From contig OZ219917.1 of NCBI GenBank assembly GCA_964291415.2, positions 800,001 through 864,000 on the forward strand: DNA of 64,000 bases, given 5' to 3'. Below, in pieces: positions 29,395 to 38,595 of this stretch (its first letter is position 1; every line of letters begins with the position of its first letter). Source of the stretch: Alphaproteobacteria bacterium. Lineage in GTDB: Bacteria > Pseudomonadota > Alphaproteobacteria > SP197. The notes under the pieces were generated by a model. The model had not been told where the DNA came from, searched no databases, and saw nothing but the letters and a program-made list of their open reading frames with translations. The translations under genes were made by a program, and so were the position numbers.

Positions 29395-29446
29395 TGGACA
29401 TGTCTCGGTGTGTGTCACATAATCCGGTAACGTTACCGAATTCGGT
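29395..29446 (+). promoter_or_regulatory. TA promoter and palindromic operator
   Basis: TGGACA-17 bp-CATAAT (29395-29423), perfect palindrome CGGTAACGTTACCG (29425-29438) and overlapping ACCGAATTCGGT (29435-29446). Confidence 0.7.
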
Positions 29447-29454
29447 GAGACGCC

Positions 29455-29775
29455 TTGGAACAAGATAGTCTGAAAGCCCGGGGATTGGCACGTGTCTCAC
29501 ATCACCGCAAGCGGGTCGCCGCCAGCGGTGCCCAGCGTGTCGAGGTCACGGTCCCTTCCCGGGATGCGCCCCTCGTCAAGGCGATTGCCAGAACACTTCG
29601 CTCTGATGGAGAGGAGGCCGAACACATTCGTCGGTCGCTGCAATCGGTGCTGACCACTCCAAGGGCGCGCACAGGCGCCGAGCTGCTTGCCTTCCTCCGT
29701 GCCTCACCCTTGACCGAGATTGATCTGCCCATCGAACGCGACAGGTCCGCCGGCCGCTCCGCCAAACTTGGCTGA
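29455..29775 (+). CDS. Putative antitoxin (start uncertain)
   Basis: RVSHHRKR...RVEVTVP..DA.LVK...LRASPL..IDLPIERD; TGATG overlap with a PIN gene. Confidence 0.8.
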   Translation: MEQDSLKARGLARVSHHRKRVAASGAQRVEVTVPSRDAPLVKAIARTLRSDGEEAEHIRRSLQSVLTTPRARTGAELLAFLRASPLTEIDLPIERDRSAGRSAKLG

Positions 29776-30209
29776 TGGCCTTCCTTTTGGACACGAATGT
29801 TGTCAGCGAGACGGTAAGGCCAAGACCCCGGCAAACTGTCCTCGATTGGATGGAATCCCGGAGTCCGTCGGATCTCTTTCTCGCCGCTCAGACAATTGGG
29901 GAGCTCGTTCGAGGCGCTCGGAAAGTCAGGGAGCACGAGCGCCGCGAACGCTTCGAAAGATGGATCGAGCAGGATCTTGCCCGGCAATTCGAAGGGCGAG
30001 TCCTGCCGTTCGACAGCGGCGCGGCTGCCATATGGGGACGCCTCATGGGCGACGGAGACCGTGCGGGACGCCGTCCCTCTGCAGCAGATGCCCAGATCGC
30101 TGCGGTCGCCATCCAGCACGAGCTGATCCTCGTGACGCGGAATGTCAGGGACTTCGCCCGGTTTGACGTTCAGCTTCTCAATCCGTGGAGTGCGGATGAC
30201 GAGTCTTGA
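29775..30209 (+). CDS. vapC: VapC/FitB PIN-domain toxin
   Basis: FLLDTNVVSE...TIGEL...DAQIAA.A....LVTRNVRDF...LNPW. Confidence 0.95.
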   Translation: MAFLLDTNVVSETVRPRPRQTVLDWMESRSPSDLFLAAQTIGELVRGARKVREHERRERFERWIEQDLARQFEGRVLPFDSGAAAIWGRLMGDGDRAGRRPSAADAQIAAVAIQHELILVTRNVRDFARFDVQLLNPWSADDES

Positions 30210-30306
30210 GATCGGTGATTCCGCGATAGCTGTCGGGACCAGGACGTCCGGTCCGCCCGGCATCGTGCCCTGGTGGGATACGTAGGAGCCGGGCGTCGAT
30301 CTCGAC

Positions 30307-30570
30307 ATCCGGCAAGGGTCGGTCCAATCGTGTTTGCCGGCATCGTCGATGACAGTGATGCGGAACCAGCTGTTGCGGATGGACCAGGTCTCGAATCGGG
30401 ACCGGATGTTCGGTCGACGGTGGAGGCCGAGGAGGCGGTGCGTGTCTTGACGGGCACGGACTTCCACTCCTGTCGGGGCCTGCCGCGTTCGCCATGGCGC
30501 CGGCGACGTGGTCGAACCGGAACCCCGCAACCCGGAGTTTTCGATGCACGAGCCCCACTTCAGGGATGAG
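30307..30570 (-). pseudogene. Direct repeat B2: decayed copy of the 3' end of the PHP hydrolase gene
   Basis: 30307-30400 aligns ungapped to 45585-45678 (78/94 by hand count, with a 25-bp exact run); RFETWSIRNSWFRITVIDDAGK vs RFDTWPFRNSWFRITVTDDAGK; a second short anchor near 30552 vs 45826 at consistent spacing. Confidence 0.88.
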
Positions 30571-30684
30571 TTCCGAATTGATGCCGTTTCGCTTGCCCGC
30601 ACGATAGGTGGCCGGTATGCCTTCGCTGCCCGGACAGCGGGAGCCGGGCCATGTGAAGCGGGTGAAGGACAAGTGGACCAGTCA

Positions 30685-31656
30685 ATGAGAGAACAGGCAG
30701 ACGCGATGCGTACCGGAGAGTTCACCTATCTTGCGGATTTGGTCGAAAGCTCGCTCTACGGCAACGGAAGGTTGTTCTTGCGCCGGGACAACGATGGCAA
30801 TGACGGCCCTTGGGAAGGCGTCGACCTGGAGAAACGGCTGATGCCTGTCCACGACGCCCGCAACCATGCTCACACGCTCGATGCCAACGGCTTTGAGCTG
30901 GTGGAGTCTCCCGTCGAGATTCCTGATCTTGACTGGTTGGACCACGACCTGATCGTGCGCCGCTATTACCCGCACTGCGCTGCCATTGTTCGCGAGGGGA
31001 CCGGTGCTCGCCTTGTCAGGGCATTCGACCACAACATCCGATCGGTTTCGGGCAACCGGAGCAGGCGGCGCCTCGATGGAGGGCAGCAGGTGCAGCAGCC
31101 GATCCACATCGTGCATGGCGACTACACGCTGGACAGCGGACCACGGCGCCTGCGTGATCTCGCGAAGGCGCCGACCGCCAACGACACCTATCGCACCACC
31201 CTCGCCGAGGACTGCTCGCTTCTCGACGGGAGCGATGTGGCGCACGCTCTGGGCGAAGGTCGCTTTGCGATCATCAACCTCTGGCGGAACATCGCGCCGG
31301 AGCCGGTGGCGAGGGAACCGCTCGCACTCTGCGACGCGACCAGCGTCGATCCTGACGATCTCGCGGTCTTCGAGATCTACTACAGCGACCGGGTCGGCGA
31401 GAACTACTGGGCCAAACATGCCGACAGCCATCGCTGGTACTTCTATTCCGCGCTCACCCGTGACGAGGCGTTGCTGATAAAGCAGTGGGACTCGGATGGA
31501 GGACTGGCGCGCTCGAAAGGCGCGAAGGCGGACGCTGAGTGCCCTGGAAATCCGTGCACCTTCAGCTTCCACAGCGCTTTCCAGGATCCGGCCACGACGC
31601 CGGACGCACCTGGCCGCTGGAGCATTGAGGTTCGTTGCGTCGCTCTCTTCGACTAG
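30685..31656 (+). CDS. CmcJ/NvfI-family Fe(II)/2OG-type oxidoreductase
   Basis: VHDAR..LDANGFEL, YY, FDHNIR, VHGDYT, INLWR, PLALCD, HRWYFY, FHSAF.DP, RWSIEVR; start may instead be 30706. Confidence 0.85.
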   Translation: MREQADAMRTGEFTYLADLVESSLYGNGRLFLRRDNDGNDGPWEGVDLEKRLMPVHDARNHAHTLDANGFELVESPVEIPDLDWLDHDLIVRRYYPHCAAIVREGTGARLVRAFDHNIRSVSGNRSRRRLDGGQQVQQPIHIVHGDYTLDSGPRRLRDLAKAPTANDTYRTTLAEDCSLLDGSDVAHALGEGRFAIINLWRNIAPEPVAREPLALCDATSVDPDDLAVFEIYYSDRVGENYWAKHADSHRWYFYSALTRDEALLIKQWDSDGGLARSKGAKADAECPGNPCTFSFHSAFQDPATTPDAPGRWSIEVRCVALFD

Positions 31657-31737
31657 GCATCCAGGACCTCATGATCCCTGCGGATGGAGGACGGCTGCCG
31701 CCGGACGGGATTCGCACCTGGCAGGAGACGCCGGATC

Positions 31738-32601
31738 ATGCAGATTGGCGCGATGGCTAACGGCGACCTGTTTGCTACAGCATCCGGTGATCGTTCCGAG
31801 AGCGCCCTGATTGACCAGCTCATTGCGGCGACCCGGCTCTACAACACGAGCAACGCCGTTCAGGAACTGCTGGAGTTCACGGTCCGGTTGCGCGCGTTCG
31901 CTCCCTTCAACGCCATGCTGCTCCATATTCAGAAACCGGGACTGACCCACGCCGCAACGGCACATGACTGGTGGACCCGGTTTGGCCGGGCGCCGAAGAA
32001 AGGAGCCCGACCGCTCCTGATCCTGCGCACAATGGGACCGGTAGACTTCGTCTTCGACATTCTCGATACGGAGGGCAAGGAGGTACCTGCCGGCGCCTTC
32101 GCCTTTCCGACTTTGGGAAATCTGACCGAAGCCCGGTTCGCCAGAATCATCGAGTCAGTTGAAAGGGAGAAAATCGAGATCGTTCAACTCGATGCCGGTG
32201 ATGCGCAGGCCGGATGGATCCGGCCGCTGATGCGATCACAGTCGCCCAGAGGCAAGAATCTCTATCGACTTGGCTACAATCGCAACCATCCTCCACCGAC
32301 CCGGTTCGTGACGATCGCCCATGAACTCGCACATCTCTATCTCGGCCATTTGGGTCGAGATGGCGGGCGACGGGTCGCGGATCGGCGAGCAACTCCTGAG
32401 GATCTCATGGAGATCGAGGCTGAAACCGCAGCCTACCTGGTCGCACGGCGCAACGGGTTGTGGCCGCGAAGTCAGAGTTATCTCGCGCAGTACCAGGGAG
32501 CATTCGACCGCCTTAACCTCTACGCCATCATGCGCGCGGCGAACGCCGTGGAGACGGCAATGGGCATTTCCGCCCAGAAACTGTGGAACGAGAAAGCGTG
32601 A
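31738..32601 (+). CDS. ArdC-like N-terminal domain plus HExxH (ImmA/IrrE/MPTase-type) metallopeptidase
   Basis: FAPFNAMLLHIQKP...W...GRAPKKGARP; TIAHELAH; EIEAETAAYLV. Confidence 0.82.
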   Translation: MQIGAMANGDLFATASGDRSESALIDQLIAATRLYNTSNAVQELLEFTVRLRAFAPFNAMLLHIQKPGLTHAATAHDWWTRFGRAPKKGARPLLILRTMGPVDFVFDILDTEGKEVPAGAFAFPTLGNLTEARFARIIESVEREKIEIVQLDAGDAQAGWIRPLMRSQSPRGKNLYRLGYNRNHPPPTRFVTIAHELAHLYLGHLGRDGGRRVADRRATPEDLMEIEAETAAYLVARRNGLWPRSQSYLAQYQGAFDRLNLYAIMRAANAVETAMGISAQKLWNEKA

Positions 32602-32624
32602 TTCAGTGCTCGCGGAGCAGAGGA

Positions 32625-32660
32625 TTGACACCGTAGTATTTGTGCACGTATCCTGTGCAA
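32625..32660 (+). promoter_or_regulatory. TA promoter/operator (leaderless)
   Basis: TTGACA-18 bp-TATCCT; TGCAC-N7-GTGCA inverted repeat over the -10; ATG 6 nt downstream. Confidence 0.65.
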
Positions 32661-32885
32661 ATGAACGTGACCCTTTCCATTGACGAACGTCTTGTGGCTG
32701 AGGCCAGGCGCCTGGCGGCAAACCGAGGCACCACCCTCAATCAGTTGATCCGGGACTACCTCGTTACGCTGACCCAGGTGGACGACATGCAGACGGTCGT
32801 CTCGCAACTGGAGGATCTCTGGGCCTCAGGCGACTACCGGTCCGACGCAGACTGGAGCCGCGACGAACTCCATGAACGGTCGTGA
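32661..32885 (+). CDS. RHH antitoxin (DUF6364-like)
   Basis: MNVTLSIDERLVAEARRLAA.RGTTLNQLIRDYL...WSRDELHER. Confidence 0.88.
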   Translation: MNVTLSIDERLVAEARRLAANRGTTLNQLIRDYLVTLTQVDDMQTVVSQLEDLWASGDYRSDADWSRDELHERS

Positions 32886-33300
32886 GTTTCTCGACACCAA
32901 TGTACTCGTCTACGCCGAGGACAGCCGAGATACCATCAAGCAAACCCAGGCTCGGGATCTGATTCGCGCGCTGCTTCTCGAACGTCGTGGCGTCATTTCG
33001 CTGCAGGTCCTGCAGGAGTTCCACGTGGTGGCCACCCGCAAACTGAACATGGACCCGGAAGCAGCCAGGCGCCGGATATTGCGCTACTCGAGATTCGAGA
33101 TCGTCCCTCTGCAGTTCCCCGACCTTCTGTCAGCAATCGATCTGCAGCAACTGCACAACCTGTCCTTCTGGGACGCGCTCATCGTCAAGGCCGCACTGAA
33201 CGGTTCCTGCAAGGTGCTTCACTCGGAAGACATGCACTCCGGTCACGTCATCGAAACCCTGGCATTGAACAATCCATTTTCGTCTCCCGTCATGCCCTAG
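32872..33300 (+). CDS. PIN-domain toxin
   Basis: FLDTNVLVYA, SLQVLQEF, LSFWDALIV, SEDM.SG, NPF. Confidence 0.93.
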   Translation: MNGREFLDTNVLVYAEDSRDTIKQTQARDLIRALLLERRGVISLQVLQEFHVVATRKLNMDPEAARRRILRYSRFEIVPLQFPDLLSAIDLQQLHNLSFWDALIVKAALNGSCKVLHSEDMHSGHVIETLALNNPFSSPVMP

Positions 33301-34732
33301 GATCGCGAAACTGCGGCTTCGGCATATCGCGACCGAACCAGGGCTGCGCCGCCTCGAAGGCCAGGGCGGCGCGAAACACGCTGACATCGTCAAAGGGCCG
33401 ACCGACGATCTGCATGCCGGTCGGTACGCCGTTCGCGGCGAAGCCGGAGGGAACGCTCGCTACGGGAAGCTGGCTCAAGGCATTGAAGGGATAGGTCAGG
33501 CACCAGCCCATGTAGGGATCGACCGGATACCCGTTGATTTCCAACCGGGAATCGAAGATCGAATGGTCCGCGGCCACCGACGGAACGCCGAGGGTCGGAC
33601 AGATCATGACGTTGTAACGCTTCATGACAGGCGAGAGCTTCAACCACATCTCGGCACGTATGGAGTGCGTGGCGAAGAGGTCACACGCGCTGTAGGCCAT
33701 ACCCTGCTCGGCGTCGCGCACCGAGTCCGGCAGAATTTCGTACCGCCATTGCATCAGGTGGGGCGCCAGGGATTGCGCCACCCCCGCCTTGCTCTGGATT
33801 TCCCACGGCACAACAGAACTCGATGTCCAATCGAGTTTCACTTCGTCGACCTCGCACCCGAGATCCCGGAACACCGCGGCCGCGCGCAGCGTCATGCGCT
33901 CCACCTCGGGGTCGACATGCTTGTAGCCAAGATCGATGGAGAGCGCTATTTTCCAGCCCTTGACCGAGCCCGGTTTGTCCGGAACGACGACCCGGCCGGG
34001 CAGCGAGGTCAGATCGTCCCGGTGCTGGCCCGACATGACATTCTGCATGGCCGCCCCATCCGAGACGGCCCGGGTCATCGGGCCGTAATGGCAATAGGAG
34101 TCGAAGGATCCCGGCGTGTCCTGGGGATTGCGGCCGTAGGGCGGCTTGTAGCCGAACACGCCACAGGCCGAGGCGGGAACGCGGATCGAGCCACCATAGT
34201 CGGAGCCGTCCGCTAGGGGAGTCATGCCGGCTGCGAGCGCTGCGCCCGAACCGCCTGAGGAACCCCCGGGACTCATGGCCAGGTTCCAGGGATTGCGGGT
34301 GATACCCCACTGCGTGCTGTGGCATACCGTGGCAATGCCGAGCTCCGAACTGGCCGAACGGGCGAGCAGGATCGCACCGGCACGCAAGAGGCGGTCGACG
34401 GTCGGCAGGCTGTGCGTATCCCGATGGTTCGCGAAGATTTTGCAACTCTGTGACGTGATGTGGCCCTTGATGGCATGCAGGTCCTTGATCATCACAGGCA
34501 AACCTTCCAGACGCCGTATCCTGGAACCGGAGCGCATGAACCTGGTTTCGGCCTCCTTGGCCTGATCCAGGGCCCTGTCGTGGAACGTGTGGGTTGTCGC
34601 ATTGATCCCGGGCTCGACATCCTCATGGCGCGAAACGAGCGCGTTGACATACTCGACGGGCGACAAGGTACGCTCCCTGAAGCGCTTCATCACTTCGGTC
34701 GCCGGCATGTAACAAAGCTCGGTGTCGATCAT
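33290..34732 (-). CDS. Amidase-signature family enzyme
   Basis: IKD, NPW, PGGSSGGS, GSDYGGSIRVPA (Ser-cisSer-Lys triad); start ATG 34732. Confidence 0.95.
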   Translation of the reverse strand: MIDTELCYMPATEVMKRFRERTLSPVEYVNALVSRHEDVEPGINATTHTFHDRALDQAKEAETRFMRSGSRIRRLEGLPVMIKDLHAIKGHITSQSCKIFANHRDTHSLPTVDRLLRAGAILLARSASSELGIATVCHSTQWGITRNPWNLAMSPGGSSGGSGAALAAGMTPLADGSDYGGSIRVPASACGVFGYKPPYGRNPQDTPGSFDSYCHYGPMTRAVSDGAAMQNVMSGQHRDDLTSLPGRVVVPDKPGSVKGWKIALSIDLGYKHVDPEVERMTLRAAAVFRDLGCEVDEVKLDWTSSSVVPWEIQSKAGVAQSLAPHLMQWRYEILPDSVRDAEQGMAYSACDLFATHSIRAEMWLKLSPVMKRYNVMICPTLGVPSVAADHSIFDSRLEINGYPVDPYMGWCLTYPFNALSQLPVASVPSGFAANGVPTGMQIVGRPFDDVSVFRAALAFEAAQPWFGRDMPKPQFRDPRA

Positions 34733-34785
34733 CTTCTCCTCCTCCGGTTTCGCCGTTGGCGCCAGCCGAACCCGGCGGCCGTGGT

Positions 34786-35727
34786 TCACGCTTCGCCGAC
34801 GTCCTCGGCACGGTGGCAGGCGCTGTGCCCCTCCCCGATCTGGCGGAGCACGGGCTTTTGGGCGACGCATCGTTCGATCGCCCAGGGACAGTTCTCGCTG
34901 AAGAGGCAGCCTTTCGCGTCGCCGCCGTCGACCAGGCCCCGGAACGTGAAGGCGGCGCGGTCACGTTCCGCGATGGTCAGCCGCAGGACCCGGCTGTAGG
35001 GATGCCTGGGCTTGTCATAGAACGTTCTGGCGGAAGCCTGCTCCACCAGTTCACCCCGATACATGACCGCGATGTCGTGAGCCACGTATCGCGTGACGGC
35101 GATGTCATGGGAGATGAAGAGAGCGGCGAAACCCTCGCTGGCCTGCAGGTCTCTGATCAGATTGAGCACCTGGCTCTGGATCGAAACGTCCAGGGCACTC
35201 ACGGCCTCGTCGAAAACCACGAATCTCGGATTCGTGATGAGCGCCCGGGCGATGGCCAGGCGCTGGCGTTGTCCGCCGGAAAGTTCGTGCGGATAGCGAT
35301 TGGCAAGGACGGGTTCGAGTCCGACCTTGGCCAGCATGTCGGCGACCGTCGCAGGGACTTCGCTGGAGGGCAGGGAACGGGCAATCCGAAGCGGCTCCGC
35401 GACGGAGACACCGACCCGCAGCCGCGGGTTGAGCGCCCATTCCGGATTCTGGAGGACCACCGCAAGGCTCCCCCTGAGGCGGTGTCGGTTCCGCGGCAAG
35501 GGTTCGCCGTTGAACTGCACGAATCCTTCGGTGGGCCGCATCATTCCGAGGCACAGCTTGCCCAGTGTCGTCTTTCCCGATCCCGATTCGCCGACGAGTC
35601 CCAGTGTCCGGCCCCGCTCGATCGCGAGCGTCACGCCCGACACCGCCCTGACGCTGGCGGAATCCCTGAGCCGCCGCGAAGCGTACGTCGCCGATACGCC
35701 CCCCAGGTAGATGACCGGCGGTTTCAC
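34786..35727 (-). CDS. Oligopeptide/dipeptide ABC transporter ATP-binding protein (OppF/DppF-like)
   Basis: GESGSGKT, ELSGGQRQR, FDE, HPYS, C-terminal Cys cluster. Confidence 0.93.
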   Translation of the reverse strand: MKPPVIYLGGVSATYASRRLRDSASVRAVSGVTLAIERGRTLGLVGESGSGKTTLGKLCLGMMRPTEGFVQFNGEPLPRNRHRLRGSLAVVLQNPEWALNPRLRVGVSVAEPLRIARSLPSSEVPATVADMLAKVGLEPVLANRYPHELSGGQRQRLAIARALITNPRFVVFDEAVSALDVSIQSQVLNLIRDLQASEGFAALFISHDIAVTRYVAHDIAVMYRGELVEQASARTFYDKPRHPYSRVLRLTIAERDRAAFTFRGLVDGGDAKGCLFSENCPWAIERCVAQKPVLRQIGEGHSACHRAEDVGEA

Positions 35728-35737
35728 CGGCGTTGAC

Positions 35738-36706
35738 CTAGGCACCGGACCGGCATGCCAGCACCTCCTCGGCCCGGTGGCACAGGACGGATCGGTTGCC
35801 GGCGTGTTGCAACTCGGGTCGCACCTCGTTGCACAGGTCCTTCGTCCAGCCGCAACGAGGCGCAAAGGCGCATCCCCGGCTGCTCTCCGTGATGACCGGC
35901 GGGAGGCCCTGTATCGGCCGGAGCCGCCCGTCCGGTCCTTCGGCACCAGGCGCCGATTCGAGAAGTGCGCGAGTGTAGGGATGTGCCTGCCGGTGAAACA
36001 GGGTCTCTCCTTGTGCGTACTCCACGATCCGGCCGCCATACATGACGGCGACATGGCGACAGTAGCGGGACACGACATGCAGATCGTGACTCAGCAGCAC
36101 CAGCGACGCGCCCGTGGCGCCGCACATCGACATCAGCAACTCGAGTATCTGGTCGCGAAGCCACGCGTCGAGCGACGCCGTGGGTTCGTCGGCGACAATC
36201 AGACGGGGATTTCGGGCGATGGCCATCCCGATGGCGGCACGCTGCGCCATACCCCCGGACAGCTCGTGGGGGAAACTCTGCTCGATCCGCCCCGCGCCGG
36301 CCAGCCCGACCCTTGACAGCAAGGCACGGACGCTGTCGCGGGTCGCCCTCGGACCGATGGCCCGCGCCAGCTGCCGGCCGATTCTCATCGTCGGATCGAG
36401 TGCGGTCATGGGATTCTGGAAGACGAAACCCAGCGCGTCGCGCCGCAGCCTGCGCAGGCGCTCGTCATCGCCTCCGAAGACCGAGAGGTCGAGCACACTC
36501 AGATCGCCCGACAGGCGAAGGGCATTCCAGGGCAGCAGCCGGCCGATCGCCAGGCCCAGTGTGCTCTTGCCGGATCCGCTCTCCCCCACGATACCGAGCG
36601 TCTCGCCGGCTTCCAGGTCGAGACTGACTCCGTCCAGCGCGACCACCCTGCCGCGCGGCGTGTCGTAGACCACGACGAGATCGCGCACCTCGAGAAGTGA
36701 CGTCAT
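35738..36706 (-). CDS. Oligopeptide/dipeptide ABC transporter ATP-binding protein (OppD/DppD-like)
   Basis: GESGSGKS, ELSGGMAQR, ADEPT, HPYT, GCAFAPRC. Confidence 0.94.
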   Translation of the reverse strand: MTSLLEVRDLVVVYDTPRGRVVALDGVSLDLEAGETLGIVGESGSGKSTLGLAIGRLLPWNALRLSGDLSVLDLSVFGGDDERLRRLRRDALGFVFQNPMTALDPTMRIGRQLARAIGPRATRDSVRALLSRVGLAGAGRIEQSFPHELSGGMAQRAAIGMAIARNPRLIVADEPTASLDAWLRDQILELLMSMCGATGASLVLLSHDLHVVSRYCRHVAVMYGGRIVEYAQGETLFHRQAHPYTRALLESAPGAEGPDGRLRPIQGLPPVITESSRGCAFAPRCGWTKDLCNEVRPELQHAGNRSVLCHRAEEVLACRSGA

Positions 36707-37566
36707 CGCAGCGACCGGCCCCTGAGCGGGTCCATCAGATCGCGCAGACCGTCTCCCAGCAGGTTCACGGACAGGATCGCCGCGGCCAACAGCAGGCCGG
36801 CCGGAAAGACCAGCCATGGCGCCGCCGTAAGATAGACGCTCCCCAGGCGAAGCAGGGATCCCAGGGAAGCGTCGGGTGGCTGGACGCCCAGACCCAGGAA
36901 GCTCAGCTCGCTTTCGACAAGCATGCCGATCGACAAGGCGTAGGTGAGTTGAACGATCACGGCGCCGAGCACGTTGGGTAGCAGGTGGAAGACGATGACG
37001 CGAAGGAACCCCGCTCCGCTGACCTCGGCGGCGATCACGTAGGAGCGCTCGACGATGCTGAGCGCCACGGCTCGCACCACGCGCACGAAGAGAGGCAAGG
37101 TGATCAGAGAGATGGCAATGATCGCCGAAGTGCCCCCCGGTTCCAGCACCGCGGCGATCAGGATGCCGAGCAGCAAGGGCGGGAACGCGAACAAGACATC
37201 CACCAGGCGCATGATCGCGACATCCACGATCCCGCCGGCATACGCGGCCGTCAGTCCGACGAGGGTGCCGAGAATGCCGGTGAGGATCACGGCCATGCTG
37301 GCCAAGAGGAAAGTCGCGCGAAGCCCTTCGATGATTCGCGGCAGCGCGGACCGGCCGAGTTCGTCGGTACCGAGAAGCCAGTCGGCTGCCGGTGCCGCCA
37401 GGCGCGGTCCAACCCCGATCTCCTCGGCATCGCCCAGTGGAAGCACCGGACCTATCAATCCGAGTAGCACCAGGCTGGCGAAGAGAACGGCACCGATGCC
37501 CGACAGGCGGTCGCGCCGGGCGAAGTCCAGGATGTTGGCGAAGGGCCCCCTGACGATCAGGTTCAC
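36703..37566 (-). CDS. Peptide ABC transporter permease (OppC/DppC-like)
   Basis: LGTDELGR, HLLPN, LSFLGLG, NLLGDGLRD..DP. Confidence 0.94.
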   Translation of the reverse strand: MNLIVRGPFANILDFARRDRLSGIGAVLFASLVLLGLIGPVLPLGDAEEIGVGPRLAAPAADWLLGTDELGRSALPRIIEGLRATFLLASMAVILTGILGTLVGLTAAYAGGIVDVAIMRLVDVLFAFPPLLLGILIAAVLEPGGTSAIIAISLITLPLFVRVVRAVALSIVERSYVIAAEVSGAGFLRVIVFHLLPNVLGAVIVQLTYALSIGMLVESELSFLGLGVQPPDASLGSLLRLGSVYLTAAPWLVFPAGLLLAAAILSVNLLGDGLRDLMDPLRGRSLR

Positions 37567-38528
37567 GACTGGCTCCTCTTTCCGCCAATTCGCGGATCGA
37601 TCAGGGCATAGACGATGTCGGCGAGGATGTTGATCGTGACGAAGACGGTTGCCGCCAGCAGGACGCCGGCCTGAACCGCAAGGTAGTCCCTGTTCCTGAC
37701 ACTCTGCACTACGTAGACGGCCACGCCCGGCACGGAGAACATCTGCTCGACGATAATCGCACCGCCGAGCAGATAGGCGAAAAACACGGTCGTCACGGTC
37801 ACGATCGGGATGGACGCATTCCGAAGGACATGGCTGCGAATGATGTCCGGCGGTCTGTCACCGCGCGCGACGGCGGCGGTGACATGCGTTTCAGCGGTGA
37901 CGCTGAGCACCGAGTCGCGAGTGGTTCGCTGAATGAGCGCCATGCCGAACACGCTCAACGTCACCACCGGGAGCGTCATGGCGCGCATGTTCGCCACGGG
38001 ATCCTCGAACAACGGCACGTAACCGCCGACCGTCAGGCCCAGCGACCATATGGAAAACATGAACACGAAAATGGTGCCGAGAACGAAGACGGGGACGCTC
38101 GCTCCTAGTGCGCCCACCAATCGCCCGGCAGCGCGTCCGAAATGACTGGTGCTCGTCACGCCGGAAGCGATTCCCATCGGCACGCCGACGGCGATCGCAA
38201 GAATCGTCGCCATCACGGCGAGCTGAATGGTCGCCGGAGCACGGCGAATGATCTCGGCCGCGACCGGCTGACCTGTGGTCAACGACGTGCCGAAGTCACC
38301 TCCCGCCGTCGCCGCGAGCCAGTGCAGGTACTGCTCGATCGCGGGTCGGTCCAGGCCGTACTTGGCCCTCACGATCGCCCGCGTCTCGGGAGTGCCGAAA
38401 GGACCGAGGATAACGTCCTCGTAGCTGCCCGGGACGAAGTGGACAGCCATGAAGACGATGATGGAAACCCCGAACAGGGTGACAAGCGCAATTCCCAGGC
38501 GAAACGCGATGAACCGAAAGATGCGCAA
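37563..38528 (-). CDS. Peptide ABC transporter permease (OppB/DppB-like)
   Basis: YGLDRP, GDFGTS, HVLRNA, GAIIVEQMF, RDY, YALIDPRI. Confidence 0.94.
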   Translation of the reverse strand: MRIFRFIAFRLGIALVTLFGVSIIVFMAVHFVPGSYEDVILGPFGTPETRAIVRAKYGLDRPAIEQYLHWLAATAGGDFGTSLTTGQPVAAEIIRRAPATIQLAVMATILAIAVGVPMGIASGVTSTSHFGRAAGRLVGALGASVPVFVLGTIFVFMFSIWSLGLTVGGYVPLFEDPVANMRAMTLPVVTLSVFGMALIQRTTRDSVLSVTAETHVTAAVARGDRPPDIIRSHVLRNASIPIVTVTTVFFAYLLGGAIIVEQMFSVPGVAVYVVQSVRNRDYLAVQAGVLLAATVFVTINILADIVYALIDPRIGGKRSQS

Positions 38529-38595
38529 TCCGATTCTCCGCCTCTCTCGTGCCCCCGAGCCGGAACGCCGCCACCTCGAACGTGGCCTGACCTCC

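Noticed and set aside
29502-30725. 407-aa minus-strand ORF
   Set aside because: Chimeric open frame: antisense to the TA pair plus the PHP ghost fragment; not a credible gene.
17670-33300. Integron cassette array (many TA and small accessory genes)
   Set aside because: No intI, no repeated attC-like RYYYAAC/GTTRRRY sites seen, and gene orientations are mixed.
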